Positions 56,138-64,000 of a stretch of DNA of 64,000 nucleotides are shown one piece after another (position 1 is the first letter of the stretch; every line of letters begins with the position of its first letter). This DNA comes from Bacteroidales bacterium (GTDB lineage: Bacteria > Bacteroidota > Bacteroidia > Bacteroidales > UBA932). The stretch covers positions 12,542-76,541 of the forward strand of contig JAKSKB010000001.1 in assembly GCA_024401975.1 (NCBI GenBank), in the 5' to 3' direction. The notes under the pieces were generated by a model. That model made no database searches. It was not told the origin of the DNA and was given only the letters and a program-made list of their open reading frames with translations. The translations under genes were made by a program, and so were the position numbers.

Positions 56138-59053
56138 ATGAAAAAGTCGCTGTATGTCTCCTTCTTCGCTTTTCTAACCTGCCTTCCTCTTATGAAAGCG
56201 CAGATGACCCCTTCCGGCACCGAACCGACCCGGACCGGATGGCGTTGTATCAGCGGAGCGACATACAAGGTAATCTACCCCGAGTCCACCGACTCCCTCG
56301 CGAAGGCATACGCCCGTACCCTTGAATACTATTCCATACCCGTATCCCGCAGCATAGGGTTCATTCCCAATCAGTCGTACCGCAGACCTATGCCTGTGGT
56401 CCTCCATCCTTTCTCGGCCACTTCCAACGGTTCCGTCACCTGGACACCGCGGAGGATGGAACTCTACTCCACTCCCGATCCCTACGCCCCCGACCCGCTG
56501 CCCTGGATGGACAATCTGGCCATACACGAGTCCAGACACGCAGCACAGATGCAGTTCGTCAACCACAGAGGCCGGAAGTTCTGGCAAGTGCTGACAGGAG
56601 AACTGGCTGCCGGAGCATTCGCCGCCATCTATCCCGGACCGGCCTTCCTGGAAGGAGATGCAGTGGCGGCAGAGACGGCCCTTACGATGTCGGGGAGAGG
56701 GCGTAGCGCCGATTTCCTGGAATATATGGCCGTCAGTTTCGACAATGGGGACTGGAGGAACTGGTACAAGTGGCGCTATGGTTCCCTGCGACATTACACT
56801 CCGGACTATTACAGGGCGGGATATATTCTCTTCGCCGGGATGAGAACACTCTATGACGAACCTCTTTTCACTGAAAAATATTTTGACAGGCTGTTCAGAC
56901 ACAAGGTCTTCAATATGCCTTTCTTCAATCTCCAGCACACGGTCAGAAGCATATCGGGGAAAAATTTCCGCAATACCTTCCTTGACATAGAGCATTACTT
57001 CCACGACATCTGGACCGCAGAGGCGCAGGCCCGCGCTCCTTTTATGCCTTCCTGCCCCGTGACTCCGGTCCCGAGAAGATTCGAGAGTCTGGAAGGTTCC
57101 ACTCTTGCCGGAGAGGAAATATATTCCATCCGCGAAGGCATATCCCTGCCTGCCTCCGTGGTCCGTGCCGATGGTAAAAGCCTTACGGCATTCGCCCACA
57201 CGACGAGCGCCCTGATGTGGTCGGAACCTTTGCAACTCTTCTTCTGGAGCGAGAGCATACCGGACCCGAGATGGGAGATGCTTTCCACTTCACGCATACG
57301 CCGTATGGAGGCCGACGGAAAGAGAAAGCGGGACCTCACGAAGGAAGGTCTTTACTTCAACCCCTCCCCGTCACCGTCAGACGGACGGATAGCGGCAGTC
57401 AGATATGAACCGGACGGGAGGACGGCTGTCGTGGAACTGGATGGTCGCAGCGGTGAGGAACTGTGCAGATATTGTTCCACGGACGGACTGCAAGTCGTGG
57501 AAGCAGCCTGGCAGGGCGGAAGCATCATAGTCAGCGCCATTTCACGGGCGGGATTCGGTCTTTATGAAGCGACTGCCGGGTACAAGACTATTCTTGAACC
57601 TCAACCTGTGAAAATCAAACAGTTACGAAGCAGCAACGAAGGAACCGTGCACTTCGTTTCCGACAGGACGGGGGTATGCGAACTGTATTCGCTGGAAAAC
57701 GGTGCCCTGTTCCAACTCACCAACACCCGCTACGGAGCCTCCGATTTCGTTTTCAAGGGAGACAGTCTCTACTATTCGAGCCTTTCGGCCGAGGGACGGA
57801 CAATCTGCCGGACAGCCATCGCCGACCTGCCTGCAAGGGAGGTGAATTTCGCGGACATACACCACTATCCCGTAGCGGACGAACTTTCGGCGCAGGAAAA
57901 GACCCTCGCTTCGGGGCACGGGAATGACAGCTGTTTCACTGACGCCCCCTACAGGAAAGCGGCTCATCTGCTGCACGTCCACTCCTGGGCACCCGTTTTT
58001 TTCAATTATGACAATATGCAGAAACTGAGTTTCGACACCTGGTACCAGACTGCCGGAGTCGGAGCTACGGTTCTGTTCCAGAACACCCTCAGCACCTTCT
58101 ACGGTTCCGCGGGATACAGTTTTCACCCGGACCCTATGTTCAAAGATGCGGCGTGGAGACATTCGGGACATCTTCATTTGACCTGGAGGGGACTTTATCC
58201 CGTATTTGAAGTGAAAATGGATTTAGGAGACCGCAATTCGATGCACTACCATTTCACGCAGACCAAGGATGGCGGCCGCAAGCTGACACGTTCGATGACA
58301 GGCTCCCCCTGTTTTAGCGGAACCGCTGTAAGTTACGTTCCGTTCAACTTCTCATCGGGAGGATGGTCGAGAGGTCTCATCCCGCAAATCTCTTATGCGT
58401 GGAGCAACGATGACTTCGAATCGACTTTCATACGTCAGGCGGAAGTGGCTCTCAGGGCCTATTCCGTACGCCCCACGGCTCCTTCGGGAGTATATCCCCG
58501 TCTGGGTGCCGGAGTTGAACTGTCATACAGTTTTTCCAAACGCGTGGTCCCTTCGCTGGGAGTCTATGCGTACGGATACCTTCCCGGCATCGTACCGGAA
58601 CACGGCATCAGGCTCACCGCCAATTTCCGGCGTATATTCCCTTCCGGGAAAGTTCTGGCAATGGAAAATTCCGGGACTCTCCCGCGCGGGCTTACGCACA
58701 TATCCAACCTGTACGGGACTCTCCCGGAGCAATTGAAACTGACCGCCGACTACAAGATGGCCTTCGCCCCCGTCGACTGGTCTTTCCTCGGGCCTGTGGC
58801 CTACATACGCAACTTCGAGCTTTCAGCATTTTTCGACGGAGCCCTTTACAACAGCGGCTCGTACGGAACGTATTCACTTTTCAGTACGGGAGCAGAACTG
58901 GTGGCCCGCCTTGAAAACCTGCTCTGGATACCGTACACCACCAGAATAGGTGTCTCCTACTCGTACAACGGCGGCAGCGGCTTCAACCTCCTGTCATCCG
59001 CATACGGTGCGGACAGAAACCATTTTTCACTGATATTTTCAATAGACTTCTGA
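56138..59053 (+). CDS. large outer membrane protein: gluzincin-like domain, beta-propeller-like region and C-terminal beta-barrel
   Basis: Signal peptide; HESRH (56525-56539) and FLEGDAV; TolB-like repeats (FNPSPSPSDGRIA, FVSDRTG..ELY, QLTN); amphipathic strands ending SIDF. Confidence 0.7.
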   Translation: MKKSLYVSFFAFLTCLPLMKAQMTPSGTEPTRTGWRCISGATYKVIYPESTDSLAKAYARTLEYYSIPVSRSIGFIPNQSYRRPMPVVLHPFSATSNGSVTWTPRRMELYSTPDPYAPDPLPWMDNLAIHESRHAAQMQFVNHRGRKFWQVLTGELAAGAFAAIYPGPAFLEGDAVAAETALTMSGRGRSADFLEYMAVSFDNGDWRNWYKWRYGSLRHYTPDYYRAGYILFAGMRTLYDEPLFTEKYFDRLFRHKVFNMPFFNLQHTVRSISGKNFRNTFLDIEHYFHDIWTAEAQARAPFMPSCPVTPVPRRFESLEGSTLAGEEIYSIREGISLPASVVRADGKSLTAFAHTTSALMWSEPLQLFFWSESIPDPRWEMLSTSRIRRMEADGKRKRDLTKEGLYFNPSPSPSDGRIAAVRYEPDGRTAVVELDGRSGEELCRYCSTDGLQVVEAAWQGGSIIVSAISRAGFGLYEATAGYKTILEPQPVKIKQLRSSNEGTVHFVSDRTGVCELYSLENGALFQLTNTRYGASDFVFKGDSLYYSSLSAEGRTICRTAIADLPAREVNFADIHHYPVADELSAQEKTLASGHGNDSCFTDAPYRKAAHLLHVHSWAPVFFNYDNMQKLSFDTWYQTAGVGATVLFQNTLSTFYGSAGYSFHPDPMFKDAAWRHSGHLHLTWRGLYPVFEVKMDLGDRNSMHYHFTQTKDGGRKLTRSMTGSPCFSGTAVSYVPFNFSSGGWSRGLIPQISYAWSNDDFESTFIRQAEVALRAYSVRPTAPSGVYPRLGAGVELSYSFSKRVVPSLGVYAYGYLPGIVPEHGIRLTANFRRIFPSGKVLAMENSGTLPRGLTHISNLYGTLPEQLKLTADYKMAFAPVDWSFLGPVAYIRNFELSAFFDGALYNSGSYGTYSLFSTGAELVARLENLLWIPYTTRIGVSYSYNGGSGFNLLSSAYGADRNHFSLIFSIDF

Positions 59054-59059
59054 CACATT

Positions 59060-59599
59060 ATGCCTTCCATTTCCATCAAATGCAGGAACTGCGGAGCGGA
59101 AAGCGCCGCCGAGTGGCGCAGCATCATCAACGTGGCGGACAATCCGGAACTCAAGGAACAAGTCATAAGCGGTTCCCTGTTCATACACGAATGTCCGCAT
59201 TGCGGGACGCACAGCCTCATAACGGAACCTGTGGTCTATATCGACCCCGAAGAAAAGCTCATCATACTGTGTTCCGGGAAAGAAATGTCCCTTGAACCGC
59301 CCGAAGAGGGAGACTGGGCCTGTTTCACCGTCAGACAGGTACGGGAAATAGGAGAACTGGTGGAAAAGGTCAAGATTTTCCACTGCGGGCTCGATGACAG
59401 CGTGATGGACCTCTGCAAGAGGGTGACCGTGATGGAGATGAAAAAAGAGGTGCCCCTCAAGTTTTTCCGTACACAGGGTGCCGATAACGAAATCATCTTC
59501 ACCTATCCGGAAAACGGACAGATGGAGATGATTGCAATAGGATTCAACGTGTATGAGGATTGCGCCGCCATACTGCGCAACCACAACGCCGGTGACTAG
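59060..59599 (+). CDS. CpXC domain-containing protein
   Basis: CRNCG...INV...PELKE.VISG.LF...CPHCG...Y.D pattern. Confidence 0.8.
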   Translation: MPSISIKCRNCGAESAAEWRSIINVADNPELKEQVISGSLFIHECPHCGTHSLITEPVVYIDPEEKLIILCSGKEMSLEPPEEGDWACFTVRQVREIGELVEKVKIFHCGLDDSVMDLCKRVTVMEMKKEVPLKFFRTQGADNEIIFTYPENGQMEMIAIGFNVYEDCAAILRNHNAGD

Positions 59600-60741
59600 A
59601 GTTTCCTCGCTCCGTCACTTATGACCACGTCGTATATCTTAGGCGCGTGCCCGAACTTTTCCGTGAATTTCTTCACGGCTTCGCCGATGAAGGCGTCATA
59701 GAGTTCCTCCTTCACCAGATTGATGGTGCAGCCGCCGAATCCTCCTCCCATCACACGGGAACCGGTGACATCGCACTTGCGCGCAAGTCTGTTGAGGAAA
59801 TCCAACTCCTCGCAACTTACTTCGTAGAGTTTGCTCAGTCCGAAATGTGTCTGGTACATCATCTCACCGACAGTCTCGTAATCACCTCTTTCAAGGGCGT
59901 CGCACACGTCAAGGACTCTCTGCACTTCTCCGATGACGTACTCCGCGCGAAGGAAATCCTCTTCTGGAATCTCCTCCCTGACCTCATCCAGCCAGAGCCT
60001 CTTGGCATCGCTCAGGCATTCCACCTCCGGATGGTTCCTGCGGATGGCGGCAGTGGCGTTCTCGCAGGACTCACGGCGCTTGTTGTAGGCCGACGAAGCC
60101 AGCTCGTGCTTGACGCAAGAGTCTATAAGCACCAGTTTGTATCCCTTGGGATTGAACGGGAAATACTTGTACTCCATAGTCTTGCAGTTGAGGCGTATGA
60201 GGCAGTCCTTGCGTCCGAAGCAGGAAGCGAACTGGTCCATTATGCCGCACTTCACGCCGCAGTAGTTGTGCTCCGTGGACTGGCCTACACGCGCAAGCTC
60301 GAACTTGTCCAGCCCGCAGCCGAACAACTCGTTGAGAGCGAAGGCGAAGGTGCTTTCAAGAGCAGCGGAAGACGACAGACCCGCACCGAGGGGAACGTCA
60401 CCGGCAAAGACTGTCTCGAATCCCCCTATTTTCCCTCCGCGCTTGATTATTTCGCGGCATACTCCGAAAATGTAGCAGGCCCATTGCTGCTCAGGCTTGT
60501 CCTCCTCTTCAAGTCCGAATTCGGCAAACTGGTCATAATCCATCGAATAGGCCTTCACGGTATTGCTCCCGTCAGGTCTTATCATAGCCATAAGCCCTTT
60601 GTCGATGGCACCCGGGAATACATATCCCCCGTTGTAGTCGGTGTGCTCGCCGATAAGGTTGATACGGCCGGCAGAGGCGAACATCTCTCCGACGCTGCCG
60701 AACTTCTCCTTGAAAAGGTCAGTGATTTTCTGTTTCATCAT
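59596..60741 (-). CDS. galK: galactokinase
   Basis: GRINLIGEHTDYN, PLGAGLSSSA, CGIMDQF, GSRVMGGGFGGC. TAGATTTG -7 element on the minus strand at 60782-60789. Confidence 0.96.
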   Translation of the reverse strand: MMKQKITDLFKEKFGSVGEMFASAGRINLIGEHTDYNGGYVFPGAIDKGLMAMIRPDGSNTVKAYSMDYDQFAEFGLEEEDKPEQQWACYIFGVCREIIKRGGKIGGFETVFAGDVPLGAGLSSSAALESTFAFALNELFGCGLDKFELARVGQSTEHNYCGVKCGIMDQFASCFGRKDCLIRLNCKTMEYKYFPFNPKGYKLVLIDSCVKHELASSAYNKRRESCENATAAIRRNHPEVECLSDAKRLWLDEVREEIPEEDFLRAEYVIGEVQRVLDVCDALERGDYETVGEMMYQTHFGLSKLYEVSCEELDFLNRLARKCDVTGSRVMGGGFGGCTINLVKEELYDAFIGEAVKKFTEKFGHAPKIYDVVISDGARKL

Positions 60742-60807
60742 TATATGGGTTAAAAATAGATTGCTGCTGCGCCATATACGGCAAATCTAATAAAAAAAGA
60801 CATCTTC

Positions 60808-61707
60808 TCAAATATCGAGTGTCACAGTCACGGGATAATGGTCGCTTACCCCTCCGTGATATGCCGGCCCCGTATAGGTCCTCCGCGGCTTCACTCCTCC
60901 GTGCGCCCTGTCCTCCTCCGTCAGGAAAGGCGCAGCCACCACCTTCATCACGGCTTTCCCCGCCAGCTTTTCCGTGACGAACACCTGGTCTATCAGCTCC
61001 CATTTGCCGTTGAATCTTATGGATCCCGCGCCGCTTTCCGCCAACGGAGCGGAAAGATTCACGAAAACCCTGTCGAGCGGAGCATAGACCGGGCTGTCGG
61101 GAGTGTCGTTGAAGTCGCCTACGGCCACCTGACAATCCCAATGCCCGTCCATCAGACTGTCCGCCGCTGACAGAAGCCTGTCCACAGCCTGACGCCGTCC
61201 CGGCTCCGATGATGCTCCTCCGTATTTGGAAGGGTGGTGGTTGACCGTCACGGCCAGGCTGTCACCATCGGCCAGCACAAAACGCGCGAGCAGTATGTCC
61301 CGTGTCCGCATCTCTTCAAGACGCAGAGGCACGGCTCCGTCGAGTCTCATCCTGTCCTTCCTGTACAGCAGGGCCACGTCTATGCCCCGCTTGTCCGGCG
61401 AATCGAAATGGACTATCCCGAGGTTTTCCTTTTCCAGCAGCGTGGAACGGACAAGACGCCGGACCACGGATGCGTTTTCCACCTCGGCGAAGCACACTAT
61501 GTCCGGAAAATCGACGCCCTCCTCTCCCGCCGCATAATAAAGCGTCTTGGCTATCGCCGCACATTTCACGCCGAACCTCTTCCCTGTCCAGTGACGCGCC
61601 CCTGCCGGAGAAAATTCGGTGTCGGAACTTCCCGTACCGCTGTCAACGGTATCGTAGAAGTTCTCAAGATTCCAGAAAAGAACCATTATGACAAGAAACG
61701 TTTTCAT
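60808..61707 (-). CDS. endonuclease/exonuclease/phosphatase family protein
   Basis: WNLENFYD, EVEN, SPDKRGIDVALLY, NHHPS, GDFND, SDHYPV. Confidence 0.9.
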   Translation of the reverse strand: MKTFLVIMVLFWNLENFYDTVDSGTGSSDTEFSPAGARHWTGKRFGVKCAAIAKTLYYAAGEEGVDFPDIVCFAEVENASVVRRLVRSTLLEKENLGIVHFDSPDKRGIDVALLYRKDRMRLDGAVPLRLEEMRTRDILLARFVLADGDSLAVTVNHHPSKYGGASSEPGRRQAVDRLLSAADSLMDGHWDCQVAVGDFNDTPDSPVYAPLDRVFVNLSAPLAESGAGSIRFNGKWELIDQVFVTEKLAGKAVMKVVAAPFLTEEDRAHGGVKPRRTYTGPAYHGGVSDHYPVTVTLDI

Positions 61708-61793
61708 ACCCGCAATATCGGGCAGAAAAACGTCAATTTTCAAAAGAAACGGAAAATTCTATTATTTTTGTCTTTCGTTAAATCACAATCTAT

Positions 61794-62894
61794 ATGTCTC
61801 TCAAATGCGGTATCGTGGGTCTTCCCAACGTAGGCAAGTCCACACTTTTCAACTGTATAAGTTCCGGGAAGGCGCAGAGCGCCAATTTCCCTTTCTGCAC
61901 GATAGAACCCAATCTCGGTTCGACCAATGTCCCTGACAGGCGCCTGGACTCTCTGGCGGAGCTGTGCCAGCCGAAAAGGGTGATTCCCGCGACAGTTGAC
62001 ATCGTCGATATAGCGGGTTTGGTCAAGGGGGCGAGCAAAGGTGAAGGACTGGGGAACCAGTTTCTGGCCAATATCAGGGAGACCGATGCCATACTCCACG
62101 TCCTCAGATGCTTCGACGATGACAATATCGTGCACGTGGATGGAAGCGTGGATCCTGTGAGGGACAAGGAAGTGGTGGATGCCGAATTGCAGATAAAGGA
62201 CCTCGAAACCGTCGAGAGCCGCATCACCAAGGCGGAAAAGGCGGGGAAAGCGGGGGACAAGGAGGCCAGGAAACTGTTCGAACTCCTGTCAAGATACCGC
62301 GAGGCCCTGCTTCAGGGCAAATCCTGCCGCACCGTGAGCCTTCTCAATCCGGAAGAGGAAGAAATGGCGCGCGACCTGTTCCTCCTCACCAACAAGCCCG
62401 TGATGTATGTCTGCAACGTGGATGAGGCGTCAGCCGCCAGCGGAAACGCCTATGTGGAGGCTGTACGCGAGGCGACGGCGGACGAGAATGCCGAAATACT
62501 CGTAATAGCCGCCAGGACCGAATCGGAAATAGCCGAAATCGAAGACTTCGATGAAAGGCAGATGTTCCTGGAGGAACTCGGACTCGGCGAATCGGGAGTG
62601 GTCCGCCTCATACAAGGCGCTTACAGACTGCTGGGACTCCGCACCTTCTTTACCGCAGGAGCTGACGAATGCCGCGCCTGGACCATCAGGGAGGGGGATA
62701 AGGCGCCCCGCGCCGCAGGGGTCATCCATACGGACTTCGAAAAAGGATTCATCCGCGCCGAAGTTATCAAATACGAGGATTATGTATCCCTGAAGTCCGA
62801 GGCAGCCGTCCGCGCCGCGGGAAAAATGGGTATAGAAGGGAAGGACTACGTTGTCAAGGACGGTGACATAATGCACTTCCTCTTCAACGTATAA
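61794..62894 (+). CDS. ychF: redox-regulated ATPase YchF
   Basis: CGIVGLPNVGKSTLFN, PFCTIEPN, DIAGLVKGASKGEGLGNQFL, AAGVIHTDFEKGFI. Confidence 0.98.
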   Translation: MSLKCGIVGLPNVGKSTLFNCISSGKAQSANFPFCTIEPNLGSTNVPDRRLDSLAELCQPKRVIPATVDIVDIAGLVKGASKGEGLGNQFLANIRETDAILHVLRCFDDDNIVHVDGSVDPVRDKEVVDAELQIKDLETVESRITKAEKAGKAGDKEARKLFELLSRYREALLQGKSCRTVSLLNPEEEEMARDLFLLTNKPVMYVCNVDEASAASGNAYVEAVREATADENAEILVIAARTESEIAEIEDFDERQMFLEELGLGESGVVRLIQGAYRLLGLRTFFTAGADECRAWTIREGDKAPRAAGVIHTDFEKGFIRAEVIKYEDYVSLKSEAAVRAAGKMGIEGKDYVVKDGDIMHFLFNV

Positions 62895-62906
62895 AGTCCC
62901 GTTCCG

Positions 62907-64000
62907 CTAATAGAATCTGTCTCTGCGGTCCTTGACGCCGGCATCCTCCATCATCACGGGGACTATGGTCTGGGCCACGTACTGGTTCTTCTGGTCGGTG
63001 ACGTTCCTTGCGTCCTCCTCAGTGAAGAATGAACCTGTCTCTCTCCCTGTAACCTTGAACACGTACACTGCGTAGGCGCCCTTGACGGGACCGCAGATTT
63101 CGCCCTTCGAAGCCGCTGCAACCGCGCCTACAAGAGCCGGGTCGGCACCGGCGGCCGTAAGGGAGGAGAATGCGATTCCGTTCCTGGTGGAAACAGCCGT
63201 ATTGAGAGCTTCGGCGATGGCCGTCATTTCATTCAGCCCTTCTATCTTCTCCTTCACCTCCAGAGTCTTCTTTTCTCCGATTTTCCTGTTGGCGAGAATG
63301 TCCCTGATGGACGAAGCCGCCTCGTTGATGGTGGCGACACCTTCCTTGTGCTCTCCCTTGACCGTGGCGATGAAGAAGTAGTTGCCGTTTATGGTCATTA
63401 TCTCGGAAACTTTGCCGGGCTTGTTGTCGAACGCCCATCTGGTGACCTCCTTGGCATTGGCCACGGAACCGATGGAAGACGTACTTTCAAGCACGTTGAG
63501 ATTCTGGGAATAGACTCCGAGGGAATCTACCGCCTTGCGATAATTGTCATACCCTCCGGCCGCCATCGTGGCGAAACGGTTCGCTTTCGAATAGTAACTG
63601 TTGAAAGTCTCGTTTCCGGCGATTGCCGTCTTTTCCAGTATGGCCACCTGCTTCTTCTCCACGAGTTCGCTCTTCTTGGTTACAAGCACGACGTGGGTGC
63701 CGTATTGTGTATTGAGTATAAAGGGTTTTCCTTCCTGTGCATCCATAACGGACTCGAAGCCCGGAATCATCCTTTTCTGTGACATCCAGCCTATTGCTCC
63801 GAGTTCACCTTCCGCGGACGAATTCTGATCAACGGAATGAAGCGCCACGAGGTCGGAGAAATTCTTTCCTCCGCGAAGCTCTCCAAGCACCTGTTCCGCC
63901 TCTTCCGCGGCATTGTCCCCTTGCAGGAGAATATGCTTTACGAACACCTCGTCGGGAAGTTTCGCCGTAGCAATCACCCTGATGGCAAAGAAACTGTCAT
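62907..64000 (-). CDS. PpiD/SurA-like peptidyl-prolyl isomerase (3' part; start outside the window)
   Basis: Parvulin motifs KHILL, FSDLV..HS.D, GELG, TQYG.H; frame is open to the window edge. Confidence 0.82.
   Translation of the reverse strand, partial: DSFFAIRVIATAKLPDEVFVKHILLQGDNAAEEAEQVLGELRGGKNFSDLVALHSVDQNSSAEGELGAIGWMSQKRMIPGFESVMDAQEGKPFILNTQYGTHVVLVTKKSELVEKKQVAILEKTAIAGNETFNSYYSKANRFATMAAGGYDNYRKAVDSLGVYSQNLNVLESTSSIGSVANAKEVTRWAFDNKPGKVSEIMTINGNYFFIATVKGEHKEGVATINEAASSIRDILANRKIGEKKTLEVKEKIEGLNEMTAIAEALNTAVSTRNGIAFSSLTAAGADPALVGAVAAASKGEICGPVKGAYAVYVFKVTGRETGSFFTEEDARNVTDQKNQYVAQTIVPVMMEDAGVKDRRDRFY

Overview
A 64 kb chromosomal window from a Bacteroidales bacterium. The assignment rests on repeated TTTG/TAnnTTTG promoters, SusC/SusD genes and Bacteroidales-type EF-Ts and TopA; an RC9/Cryptobacteroides-like lineage is my inference only. 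Most of the window is compact housekeeping DNA: rnhB, mrp, aspS, rplM-rpsI-rpsB-tsf, dus, lpxK, pyrH-frr, hemW, prmC-ddl-PBP1A, topA, ispD, mreBCD-mrdA-rodA, tatAC, thyA-folA, galK, ychF and a partial ppiD. Two accessory spots stand out. (1) At 6.19-8.17 kb a promoter is followed by a multi-stem structured RNA candidate, then an ~80-nt hairpin that buries the initiation region of an Rpn-family PD-(D/E)XK nuclease gene with a 10x12-bp repeat tail, then a 5'-truncated beta-barrel gene and a 95-bp dispersed repeat. (2) At 46.6-49.4 kb a stand-alone lipoprotein fuses a type V pilin (fimbrillin)-like domain to a complete SusD domain with no SusC partner, followed by a second, longer copy of the same repeat. 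Other oddities are an orphan sdhC, an M16 peptidase lacking its zinc motif, a metalloprotease-propeller-barrel outer membrane protein, a lone susCD pair running into pyrH-frr, and several probable leaderless genes. I saw no rRNA, tRNA, CRISPR array or intact IS transposase. All family assignments come from motif recognition by eye, not database searches.
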